Shown here: one piece after another, positions 31,152 to 40,074 of the stretch
Layout of the letters: the number at the start of each line of letters is the position of its first letter
Position numbering within the stretch: the stretch's first letter is position 1
Notes under the pieces: model-generated
Databases searched by the model: none
What the model saw: only the letters and a program-made list of their open reading frames with translations
What the model was told of the DNA's origin: nothing
IMG/VR virus record: IMGVR_UViG_3300037249_001368
Coordinates: 64,001 to 128,000 of that record
DNA length: 64,000 bases
Reading direction: 5' to 3' (one strand)
Source: a virus
Lineage: Duplodnaviria > Caudoviricetes
Position numbers and translations under genes: made by a program

Positions 31152-32927
31152 ATGTTAGAAGCCGACCAGAACACAATCGACCAGCTGTACCATTGGGGTC
31201 TGTATGCTGAAGATACCTCGACTCAGTTATCCGTCAGGGGTTTGAATCCTGACTTTACGGATGATGGGGCGAGTTCATCCGTGCCTAATAGTGAAGGCAC
31301 CGCCTTGTTCAAAAGATACATGGCACAGAAGCTCCCAACATCAATCATGGGTAAGATTCAAGCAATATCCTTGAAAGACATACCCTATGATGACAGGAAT
31401 CTTCGCGACGAACTCGACTATAAAAAACATTTCAGAACATATACAGACCTGTGTTCTATATTCACGAAAATCGACAACAGAAATTATGCTCCTCAGTACC
31501 ACGCACCAGGATATGAATACTATCCTGATGATTTTGTGTATGTTACAAAATGTGGTTATCCGCTGAACCGACTCATAACTCTCAGACGTTTTCCATATCC
31601 TTGCATGGATAATATCTTTGATGAATATCAGAAAGATTCTGATGTTACAAGGATGATTACCTATTTTGACAATAACATGAACAAGTTGGAAGACATACTT
31701 GGTTTCAGTTATGGTTTGAATTGGAAAGAACTCCAAGCAGGTTATGAAGCAATGCAAATGCAAGGTTCTGACAATGAGGGTCTGACAGGTTACATGAAAA
31801 AGACCGCTGTAATATTCGGTGACGAAGAACTGATTAAGAACCGTTTGAGAGGTCCGAATGGAAACATGGTGTCACCCGACCACGACGCTAATAAAGCACA
31901 TGGTCCTGTTGATTCAATCACCACAACACACATCAGGGACGTTGGTCTGAATTTCGACAAGGAGTTTTCCTTGAAATTTGAATATTCCTCACGCAGTCTT
32001 TATGGCAGAAACCCTGACGCAGTGATGAAAGACATCATCGCCAATATACTTCTTTGCACTTTCAATGATGGAGAATTTTGGGGTGGTGCTCGTTATTGGG
32101 TTGGTGCTCGTCCCTCAAAATCATTAAATCTGTTCCAATGGATGAACTCAGATGACCCAAACAAAATTCTTCAAGGAGCATGGAACAGTCTTACATCTCT
32201 CGTCCAAAAGAATTTCGGTACCAAAGAATCTAGATTGGAAACTCTTAAGAAAGTTCTGAAAGGTGGTATTCAAATGGCTATGGCTGGTATCCTGAATTTC
32301 TTAGGAAGGCCAGGTATCCCCTATTCTAACTCATTACTGAGCGGTGCTCCTGTTGGTATGTGGCATCTGACAATCGGACATCCGATGAATCCTATCATGA
32401 CGATAGGTAATTTAATCTGTACTGGTGTAGACATCAACTTCCCAGATGATTCATTATCATACGGTGATTTCCCAACATACTTTACAGCAACAGTAAAACT
32501 GAAACCAGCAATGCCTCGTGATAGAGCAGGTATTGAAATGATGTTCAATCACGGTCAACAAAGAATTTATGTTCCTGCCGTCGCCAAAGTTTACAAAAAT
32601 GAACAGGGTGATGGTCGTCACAGAGCCGAGCTTTGGGATTATGTCACGGGTGCAGTTGACAAATCAGCTAATTTCATTGGTAAAGTCGAAGACCGTGAAA
32701 CTTACGAAACTCTTGCAACAGGTGTTTCTGATTTCTTCGGAGGAGTTAAAAACGCGGTTGCAGATGGAGCCAAACTTGCAGCAGACTCTGCTGGTGATGT
32801 TTGGACCAGTACCAAGAAGGCTGCCACGGACGGCATCCAAACGATTACAACGCGGGGCGATTTAAGTAAAGTCAACCCGATTGAATATATAAGTAAATCA
32901 AACACAGCAACCCCAACTAAAGAATAA
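31152..32927 (+). CDS. Baseplate/tail-tube initiator-like protein (gp48/gp54-like)
   Basis: FDKEFSLKFEY and IGNLICTGVDINF...FPTYFTATVKLK resemble tube-fold baseplate proteins. Confidence 0.45.
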   Translation: MLEADQNTIDQLYHWGLYAEDTSTQLSVRGLNPDFTDDGASSSVPNSEGTALFKRYMAQKLPTSIMGKIQAISLKDIPYDDRNLRDELDYKKHFRTYTDLCSIFTKIDNRNYAPQYHAPGYEYYPDDFVYVTKCGYPLNRLITLRRFPYPCMDNIFDEYQKDSDVTRMITYFDNNMNKLEDILGFSYGLNWKELQAGYEAMQMQGSDNEGLTGYMKKTAVIFGDEELIKNRLRGPNGNMVSPDHDANKAHGPVDSITTTHIRDVGLNFDKEFSLKFEYSSRSLYGRNPDAVMKDIIANILLCTFNDGEFWGGARYWVGARPSKSLNLFQWMNSDDPNKILQGAWNSLTSLVQKNFGTKESRLETLKKVLKGGIQMAMAGILNFLGRPGIPYSNSLLSGAPVGMWHLTIGHPMNPIMTIGNLICTGVDINFPDDSLSYGDFPTYFTATVKLKPAMPRDRAGIEMMFNHGQQRIYVPAVAKVYKNEQGDGRHRAELWDYVTGAVDKSANFIGKVEDRETYETLATGVSDFFGGVKNAVADGAKLAADSAGDVWTSTKKAATDGIQTITTRGDLSKVNPIEYISKSNTATPTKE

Positions 32928-32929
32928 TC

Positions 32930-33784
32930 ATGGATTTGCTAAATAAACAGAAAGAGATGACCGTTGTCCTGTTCGAGTGCGTGAACAGGATAAATCTCTA
33001 TGAGAAGGAACATGGAAAACCTCGTAAAGAAACCGCTCTTTACGAGAGTTACATTGACACCCTTCACGCAGAGTACCAAACTATCAACGAAAGTGAAAAT
33101 ATCATCTCTCCGATAAAAATCAACAATCACAACAACATTTACGCATATCTGAACAAAGTCGTGAAGTTTTACGAAAGTGCAGATGAGGGTGTTGTGCATA
33201 ATCTGAACGAGTCTCTGAAAACAGTTGACAACAAGAAAAACAAGTACGACTTTGACGGATTTATTCAGTATGTCAAAGAGTATATCCAAACTATCGCTAA
33301 GGAAAACGACTTTGAAAGATTTGGTAAGAAAGTTATCAAAATCAAAGCGTCACTCAACAAACCCATCACAGTATGTGGATTCCCAATCAACAGATTTGAA
33401 GATTCTGACATTCAGGAAATAATTTTTGACAAAACCTACAACTACATCATTGTTGTAACCAAGACTCGTATCTTTGGTTACGACATTAACAATGATGATT
33501 ACACTCTGTTACTGAAGTTCTACGAAGACAAGATTTATGATGACGACTTGGCTTTCTTATCACAGAACTTAACCAACACCAAAGTAAATCTTTTCGACTT
33601 GTTGGTGAACACGATTCACAGAAACTTTATGAAAATCTATGTCCAACCAAAGAGTCTTGGATTAAAGTATACCGATAATCTTTACAAAGATGCAGCACAG
33701 AAAGCGTTCTTAGCCGACCAGCAAAAAGCCAAGAAGTTGGCTGAATCGAATGAAGTGCTACAGCAATTTTTCCATTTATCATAA
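32930..33784 (+). CDS. Hypothetical protein (possible head-internal protein)
   Basis: Contains LYES, INES, FYES, LNES and LAES. Confidence 0.7.
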   Translation: MDLLNKQKEMTVVLFECVNRINLYEKEHGKPRKETALYESYIDTLHAEYQTINESENIISPIKINNHNNIYAYLNKVVKFYESADEGVVHNLNESLKTVDNKKNKYDFDGFIQYVKEYIQTIAKENDFERFGKKVIKIKASLNKPITVCGFPINRFEDSDIQEIIFDKTYNYIIVVTKTRIFGYDINNDDYTLLLKFYEDKIYDDDLAFLSQNLTNTKVNLFDLLVNTIHRNFMKIYVQPKSLGLKYTDNLYKDAAQKAFLADQQKAKKLAESNEVLQQFFHLS

Positions 33785-33828
33785 GAATCTAAGAATATAT
33801 TATTTTTCACCTCTAAACACATACTAAA

Positions 33829-34275
33829 ATGTTTGAAACAGTAAACACATTTTCTACCGTGATAGTCACGATTAGTTCTATCATCATAGCACTAACGACT
33901 ATTTTGGCTTTTTTCGGGAAGTTCCGAAAATGGCTTATCAATAAAATCGCTGCCGATGTAGATTTCACAAAAATCGACAAACGCAGTAAGATTTACAAAG
34001 ACCACGAAACCGTCTCTAAGATTGAGAAATTAATCGACGACGGGGTCTTTGATAATTTACAAAACAACCAGGCTCGAATAGAATCAGCACTCGATGAATT
34101 GAACATGTCAACCTTAAGAATCGAGATTGGACGGTTGTTAGACCACGAGCCACAAAACAAAGACCTGATTTACACCCTCTACGACCAATACAAAAACAAA
34201 GGCGGAAACTCATACATGCACGCTGAGATAAAAAAGTGGGAGCAAAAGTACGTCTTTGGTTCAGACAAACCGTGA
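33829..34275 (+). CDS. Single-TM holin-like membrane protein
   Basis: N-terminal TM helix and C-terminal YDQYKNKGGNSY motif typical of small phage membrane/holin-like proteins. Confidence 0.55.
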   Translation: MFETVNTFSTVIVTISSIIIALTTILAFFGKFRKWLINKIAADVDFTKIDKRSKIYKDHETVSKIEKLIDDGVFDNLQNNQARIESALDELNMSTLRIEIGRLLDHEPQNKDLIYTLYDQYKNKGGNSYMHAEIKKWEQKYVFGSDKP

Positions 34276-34315
34276 CACTAACATCTACAGAAATTTATCA
34301 TAACATCATAGAATC

Positions 34316-35047
34316 ATGAAACTTATCACAATCGACGGAATGAATATCGAGGTCCTCCTCGGGAAATATGTTCTGAGTAGCGACCAGTGGACAAACAGTC
34401 TAGACCAAGACTCAATCGCTGATGTCCTGAGAGACCGTTACTACAAGAAACTGACAAGGAAAATCAACAACATTCCCAACAAAGATACATTTATCGAGGC
34501 CAACATCAGTCATTTCTTTGAAGAGCATCCTGTTTGGGATTACTTCTTCAAAATTGATTTTGACACGATTCTTGACCAAGAACTCCCCGACTACATCAAG
34601 ACATTCAAGGAAGAGTTGGTGACCATGACCAACCATCTTATCGGAGACGTAAAAATCGCAAAATGGTACATGTCATCCTACGGCTCAACACTTGACCTGA
34701 AACTCACCTGTAAAGATAGCATCTATAAGGTCGCTGCCGAAACAATTCGCGAAGATGCTCAACTTTTCCAGTCTGTTATCAAAGGAAAAGTTTTCAACAA
34801 GAGCATGAAAGTCAGCAGAGTGTCATACAAAGATGCAGAGAGTTTCATCAGAGGTTGGACCAACAACGAAATCACCAACGAAGAATACATTGAACAATTC
34901 ATCAACCTGCTTTTCGCAATCAGGAGAACTGAGGTAACCGAGTTCTACCAAGACTTCTTCGTGACAGTCATGTCAAAAGTCGAGAGCAAAATCCTCAAAC
35001 TCATTGAACCTGATTTTGAAAAGTTCTTCGCTCAACTCTTATACTAA
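34316..35047 (+). CDS. Hypothetical protein
   Basis: 243-aa ORF. Confidence 0.75.
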   Translation: MKLITIDGMNIEVLLGKYVLSSDQWTNSLDQDSIADVLRDRYYKKLTRKINNIPNKDTFIEANISHFFEEHPVWDYFFKIDFDTILDQELPDYIKTFKEELVTMTNHLIGDVKIAKWYMSSYGSTLDLKLTCKDSIYKVAAETIREDAQLFQSVIKGKVFNKSMKVSRVSYKDAESFIRGWTNNEITNEEYIEQFINLLFAIRRTEVTEFYQDFFVTVMSKVESKILKLIEPDFEKFFAQLLY

Positions 35048-35067
35048 TCACAAACACCAGAAATATC

Positions 35068-35685
35068 ATGAAAAAATTTAAGTTAATCATAGACACTTCA
35101 GATTGGAAGGTTTTTGGTTTTGACGCGCTCTGTAACAAAGATTTCTATGCTTCTTTAGCAAGCCAAGAAATCATCAGTGGTGCTTTCCATGAGAAATACG
35201 ACAGAACCATTTCATCTGCCGCCAGTATGAAGCATCGTGACAACGCCAAACAGTACATTAACGAACAGTTTAATGACTTCTTCGGAAAACCCGAGGCAAC
35301 AGAAATTAAATGGAACGACATGCTGATTAAAACCATTCGTCAGTACATCTCGATTCATTACATCACCAGATACCTGAAGCCTTGGTTTATGAAGCAACTC
35401 GACACCATCGAAAACGTCCAACTGACCGACCTCATCATGGGTAGAGCACTGCCTCATTTTGAACTGACATTTACCCTGTCAGAAACCATCGACGAAGAGA
35501 CATTCATCGATTACATCAAGGGAATCGTTGGTTCATTCGACAATCCCGTGACAGAAGGTTTGGTTGTTGACCCCGAAAAGTTCCAAAGCATCTGTGCTGG
35601 TTTGCAAGAGATTCTTGTGAACGAAATGGTTAAGAACCTGAATCCTTCATTCACAAAATTCGTGAAGGGTTTCCTGAAATCTTAG
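35068..35685 (+). CDS. Hypothetical protein
   Basis: 205-aa ORF. Confidence 0.75.
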   Translation: MKKFKLIIDTSDWKVFGFDALCNKDFYASLASQEIISGAFHEKYDRTISSAASMKHRDNAKQYINEQFNDFFGKPEATEIKWNDMLIKTIRQYISIHYITRYLKPWFMKQLDTIENVQLTDLIMGRALPHFELTFTLSETIDEETFIDYIKGIVGSFDNPVTEGLVVDPEKFQSICAGLQEILVNEMVKNLNPSFTKFVKGFLKS

Positions 35686-35689
35686 GAAG

Positions 35690-36172
35690 ATGCCAATCGA
35701 CAAGAGCCACATTGGGATTACAACTCGGAAACAAAAACCCCAAGGTAGAGGTTACCATTACAAACAAGGCCATTTTGAGGACTATTTCAAACCTCAAAAA
35801 TACTACGGGGAATATCCGATAATTTTCCGTTCCGAACTTGAGTTTAAGTACATGGTTTCATTGGAGCGGAATCCCAATGTGGAGCGCTGGTCGTCGGAAA
35901 AGATTGTTATACCTTATTTCATGAAAGAAAAAATCAATGGAAAGGTCGTTGAAAAGAAACATGACTATTTCACTGATTTTGTCGTACACATGAAATCAGG
36001 TTCAATCTATGTTATAGAAGTCAAACCATACGCTCAGTGCCCTCGCTACAAAAACCAGATTGCGAATGACCCAGTTATATACAAAAATGCTTGCAAGTGG
36101 AACGCAGCTATAAACTGGTGTAAACAGAATGGAATGATTTTTAAGGTGGTTACCGAAAAAGACATTCACTGA
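35690..36172 (+). CDS. Head completion nuclease (T4 gp4-like, TnsA fold)
   Basis: PQKYYG..IIFRSELE...WSSEKIVIPY...YFTDF...IEVKP...KWNAA..WC....FKVVTE. Confidence 0.9.
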   Translation: MPIDKSHIGITTRKQKPQGRGYHYKQGHFEDYFKPQKYYGEYPIIFRSELEFKYMVSLERNPNVERWSSEKIVIPYFMKEKINGKVVEKKHDYFTDFVVHMKSGSIYVIEVKPYAQCPRYKNQIANDPVIYKNACKWNAAINWCKQNGMIFKVVTEKDIH

Positions 36173-36215
36173 CTGAGTAATAAATACTTATTCCTAATCA
36201 TAAAAATTCATAATC

Positions 36216-36797
36216 ATGTACGAAGCCCTAAAACAGACTATCAGTCAAAAAATAAACGACAATACTAACAAGGAAATTACTCCTGCCAAAGTGCGTGAAG
36301 CCCTGAACGCGATGGTTGATTCACTCGGCGCAAATTCCCAATTCGCCGGCGTTGCTACCACGTCAACCAATCCAGGAACTCCTGAACAGAAAGTGTTCTA
36401 TGTTTTCGCCAACGAAACCAATGCCGCTGTTCAGTTGAGCAACTTTGGTAACGTGAACGCTCCCGCCAACTCATTCTCAATCATCAGCAATGCCACTGGT
36501 TCTTGGGTTCTGACGACTTTACCAGTCGAACTTACATCTAAACAATCAGTGGTTCCTGTCAGAATAGAGACAAACGACTGGAACGAGAATGTCGCTGAAG
36601 TCAGTGTATCAGGCGTAATCGCCGACGACGATGCCCAAATGGTTCAAATCGTTCCCAAACCCGCCTCAGCTGAAGACTTCGCCGATGCAGGTGTTGTTTG
36701 TACGACGCAATCCAACGGCAGTCTGTCGTTCTCATGCACACAAACACCAGAAGCAGACATCGAGTTGTATGCGGTGCTCACCAAAATATCTCTTTAA
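36216..36797 (+). CDS. Structural protein with a Bacteroidota-phage-type domain
   Basis: NTNKEITPAKVREAL and FAGVATTSTNPGTPEQKVFYV resemble N-termini recalled from Bacteroides/Prevotella phage fibre proteins. Confidence 0.55.
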   Translation: MYEALKQTISQKINDNTNKEITPAKVREALNAMVDSLGANSQFAGVATTSTNPGTPEQKVFYVFANETNAAVQLSNFGNVNAPANSFSIISNATGSWVLTTLPVELTSKQSVVPVRIETNDWNENVAEVSVSGVIADDDAQMVQIVPKPASAEDFADAGVVCTTQSNGSLSFSCTQTPEADIELYAVLTKISL

Positions 36798-36820
36798 GTA
36801 ATCACTAAAAATCTGAAATC

Positions 36821-37444
36821 ATGGCATCACATAAAATGAAATATCTGGTCATTCACTGCACGGCTTCACCGCTGACTGATGCCGTGACACCAGATTTAAT
36901 CTGTCAATTACATATCGGACCTAAGAACAACGGTGACGGAACTTATCTGTTTAAGTCAAAGACTTACACCAAAAAACAGATGGAAAACAAAGTCATCAAG
37001 TTATGGTCAGGTGCAAAGATTAAGGCTTTATCAGCCAACGGAAGAGGATGGCGTCAGGTTGGTTACTCTGACATGATTAACAGCAAAGGCCAGCTGATTA
37101 ACTTGGTGCCATACTCTTTTGACGAAGTTTTGAACTCGTACGAAGTCACCAATGGTGCTGCAGGTTATAATTCTGTTTCTCGTCATGTGGTTTTAGCGGG
37201 TGGTTACATCCAAAGAAACGGTGTATGGATTAAGAACGGAAAAGACCCCAAAACAGGTCTTTACTTACAACCTGAAGAACTTTACACCGAGGATATGATG
37301 CGTACCTTGAGAGCATACATCGAGATGCAACTCAGAATGGTTCCTTCATTAATAGTTGTCGGTCACAATCAGTTGACCAACCAAAAAACTTGCCCAAACT
37401 TTGACGTCAGAAAATACTTAGAAAGAGAGGGACTTCTGAAATGA
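36821..37444 (+). CDS. N-acetylmuramoyl-L-alanine amidase (endolysin, Amidase_2)
   Basis: IHCTAS, GWRQVGY, GHNQL and KTCPNFDV give the Zn-ligand pattern of T7-lysozyme-like amidases. Confidence 0.9.
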   Translation: MASHKMKYLVIHCTASPLTDAVTPDLICQLHIGPKNNGDGTYLFKSKTYTKKQMENKVIKLWSGAKIKALSANGRGWRQVGYSDMINSKGQLINLVPYSFDEVLNSYEVTNGAAGYNSVSRHVVLAGGYIQRNGVWIKNGKDPKTGLYLQPEELYTEDMMRTLRAYIEMQLRMVPSLIVVGHNQLTNQKTCPNFDVRKYLEREGLLK

Positions 37445-38391
37445 AACACATATTCCAATCAATAAACCTCCACGGAAACATCATCACTGATGGTGGTTCG
37501 ACTTGGCCAACCGAGAACAAACACATAGCCAATAAGGAGTATGTCGACCGTAAATTTGCCGAAGCAACTGGCACTGACTTTTTCAAGGAAGGTGAGGTGA
37601 CAGGGCAATTCTTCATCAGAAACACCAATCCTTATAAGTTAGGTCCTATCGAACGCAACAACGGTTGGGAAGCATTTGTTTTAACTACAACTGTCTTTAA
37701 CAATAGACCTAATGATACCACACCGACCGTAAGTATGCAGATTGGTGAAACCACAATTAGTTTCACCAACGTCGATGCCACTGCTTCTGATTATGGATTT
37801 ACGCTTGGTGTCAACCAACATTTATATCGTTACCTCTGTAACAGTGCCATTGGGACAGGGTATATTGGTAATGATTCAGTTGTGACTATTGAACAACTTT
37901 TCTCGTATGTAGAAATCGGGGAAGACAGTTATGAGGAAGCAACCGTTACCACCACAGACACACTCAACGGTTTAATGTTCAAGTTCGTCCCTGTGATTTC
38001 AACTTGGTTTGATAAGGAACTTGAGGAGTTGGATGACGAATTTGAATATCCGTATATCACCGAGTTAGGAATTGCTTCGACAACGGCACAAAACATCAAT
38101 GTCAAGTCTTTAACGACTTTGGACAACGGGACTCCGATACCCCAAAACTACTACATTGTGATTCCCGAAAACGATTATCTGCCTAATAACAATTCCCTGA
38201 TTGGTTTTTATTATTGGTTTAAGGATAATGAAACCAACGAATGTGTATCAGAAAAGACATTCCTTGACATCAGCGATGCTCAGCGAGTCACATGGCTTGA
38301 TGTTGATTGTGATGTTCTGTTTTTCAATTTTGGATATATAGACGTTCCAAACAATCAGTTATCATTAGTCGTTGACTCCATATTTTATTAA
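37441..38391 (+). CDS. Hypothetical structural protein
   Basis: 316 aa; HIANKEYVD is common in fibre-associated proteins. Confidence 0.65.
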   Translation: MKHIFQSINLHGNIITDGGSTWPTENKHIANKEYVDRKFAEATGTDFFKEGEVTGQFFIRNTNPYKLGPIERNNGWEAFVLTTTVFNNRPNDTTPTVSMQIGETTISFTNVDATASDYGFTLGVNQHLYRYLCNSAIGTGYIGNDSVVTIEQLFSYVEIGEDSYEEATVTTTDTLNGLMFKFVPVISTWFDKELEELDDEFEYPYITELGIASTTAQNINVKSLTTLDNGTPIPQNYYIVIPENDYLPNNNSLIGFYYWFKDNETNECVSEKTFLDISDAQRVTWLDVDCDVLFFNFGYIDVPNNQLSLVVDSIFY

Positions 38392-38394
38392 AGC

Positions 38395-39402
38395 ATGTTC
38401 ACCTATTTTGCCAAAGCATTTAAGAGAACTAAAGCAGTTCCGATTGACGCACATTTCATAATCGCTGACATAGCGGGTGTAGACCGATATATACCAATAT
38501 CTCTCAGATACGAGGGTATGGTATTTTACACTTTGGCAGAAAAAGCCTACTATCATATAGACCAAGCACTGCAGCCAGTAATGTTCAGTCGTGGTGGAGG
38601 CAGTTCAGGTGAAGGAGGTGTCATTGTTTGGAATGTCAGGGATGCTAACAACTACCTCAATTACACAGAACTCTATTACACATTAAAAGCTTACCCCGCC
38701 GGCTCAATCGTAAGAGTAGAACCGTTAGGTGTGAACTTTTTGGTGGAAGCATCATCAGATGGAAACACTGTCAGAATTGACCCGAACACCAAAGAAATAC
38801 ATTTTGAGTTGTATGACATCGGTGGAAGCAAAGGTGTTGAGATTGAATCATTCCTGATTTGGTCAGAACTTCCCGAGAACGCTGATTTGTACGCCGACAA
38901 CATAATGGATGGCGGTACAACAACCCCAAATGAAGAAGTATTCAGGATTACCGACGGTGTCATTCATGATTACATCCCCGAAATCACCGAAGTAACCACC
39001 TACTACCAAGGTCGTTTCTACAAAAATGGTGATGTTCTGTATTTGTGTAATGGAACCAGTCAGGGCAGAGATTCATTAATCACAATCGCCAGCAGTGGTG
39101 GAGGTGGCGGTGGAGGCGGAACCACCAATTATATTTTGTGGCCGCAAACATCACTTGTAATCAGTGACTCAGTCACGACTCCCTACGTACATCTGAAGGA
39201 TGACACCAAAAATAATATCACAACTGGTACCATTGGTAGAATCATAAGCGAGTTATACGGTATTGTTCATGAATCAACTCAGACAGCAACCATCGTAGAA
39301 ATGAGCTTCATCAACAAGGTACCAGAAAATTCAAACAGTTCAGTAATCGTCCAAAGTCGTTACAATACGGTGATGGACTTAATTGGAATATACTATGGCT
39401 AA
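38395..39402 (+). CDS. Hypothetical structural (fibre-associated) protein
   Basis: PIDAHF...LRYEGMVFY and poly-Gly linkers. Confidence 0.65.
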   Translation: MFTYFAKAFKRTKAVPIDAHFIIADIAGVDRYIPISLRYEGMVFYTLAEKAYYHIDQALQPVMFSRGGGSSGEGGVIVWNVRDANNYLNYTELYYTLKAYPAGSIVRVEPLGVNFLVEASSDGNTVRIDPNTKEIHFELYDIGGSKGVEIESFLIWSELPENADLYADNIMDGGTTTPNEEVFRITDGVIHDYIPEITEVTTYYQGRFYKNGDVLYLCNGTSQGRDSLITIASSGGGGGGGGTTNYILWPQTSLVISDSVTTPYVHLKDDTKNNITTGTIGRIISELYGIVHESTQTATIVEMSFINKVPENSNSSVIVQSRYNTVMDLIGIYYG

Positions 39403-39517
39403 AGAAAAAACCGAAGGAAAAGTGGTAAACCTGTTCGAGGACAATGGCAACTTCCATGACGAAGACGCCTTACAAAAGTCATACGAAAGGATGCCTGAAT
39501 CTGACAAGCGTCAGTAA
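39395..39517 (+). CDS. Small hypothetical protein (40 aa; absent from the ORF track)
   Basis: MAKEKTEGKVVNLFEDNGNFHDEDALQKSYERMPESDKRQ*; overlaps the upstream stop. Confidence 0.5.
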   Translation: MAKEKTEGKVVNLFEDNGNFHDEDALQKSYERMPESDKRQ

Positions 39518-39579
39518 TTTGCAACGAGAGAAGTAAAGATTTTTTGCTTTCATAAAGATTTGATTTTAAGGTTTTCGGA

Positions 39580-39599
39580 GGCCCGTGGAAACACGGGCC
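39580..39599 (+). other. GAAA-tetraloop hairpin in the tRNA 5' leader
   Basis: GGCCCGTG-GAAA-CACGGGCC. Confidence 0.7.
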
Positions 39600-39604
39600 G
39601 AAGG

Positions 39605-39675
39605 TGCCTGATGGTGTAATGGCAGCACGACAGATTTTGGTTCTGTTTGTGGAGGTTCGAATCCTCCTCGGGCAA
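39605..39675 (+). tRNA. tRNA-Gln (anticodon UUG), no encoded CCA
   Basis: Acceptor TGCCTGA/TCGGGCA, D-arm GTGTAATGGCAGCAC, anticodon arm ACAGA-TTTTGGT-TCTGT, T-arm GGAGG-TTCGAAT-CCTCC. Confidence 0.95.
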
Positions 39676-39682
39676 CGTTTTT

Positions 39683-39990
39683 AGGGGTGTCGTTGCGAGA
39701 CGGCATCCCGCCTCTTATATCAGAAGAGAGTCCTGTTCTGCGTCCTTCGTCGGCGAACACCAAGACGGGTGTCAGGCCATCTACCGATGATATGTTCCGT
39801 GGTTAGCATTTCTTCCACAGAAATTAGTCATTGGTGGACGTTCAAAGTCCTAAGATTTGTAGTAACAAAGTCATTGACTTGTCGAGGGATTCGCGATAAC
39901 TCGGTTCACACTTCTTTGACAAAGGCTGGGGTTGGTAACCAAATAACCTACCTAACACGGGGAGGCTGCTAAAAACAGCTTCCCCGTTTT
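39683..39990 (+). ncRNA. Putative structured ncRNA downstream of the tRNA
   Basis: Several 10-11 bp stems with many G-U pairs; no convincing ORF; ends in a terminator-like hairpin. Confidence 0.55.
39957..39990 (+). terminator. Rho-independent terminator
   Basis: ACGGGGAGGCTG-CTAAAAA-CAGCTTCCCCGT followed by TTT. Confidence 0.75.
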
Positions 39991-40074
39991 GCTGATAACA
40001 ATCAAGTATTTTTATTTGTCTGCCTAAGAATAAAACTCAGATTGGTTTTATAAAGTATTAGAAAATTCCCATCT

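Noticed and set aside
39566-39972. Short ORFs 39566-39763 (-) and 39769-39972 (+)
   Set aside because: They overlap the tRNA or the structured RNA, have atypical composition and lack the usual start context.
39676-39990. tmRNA, RNase P RNA or theta (HDV-like) ribozyme after the tRNA
   Set aside because: There is no tRNA-like 3' end for tmRNA. GAAGAGAGTCC only loosely resembles the RNase P P4 strand and its partner was not found. The TCCTTCG...GGCGAA segment leaves no room for the 3' strand of P1.
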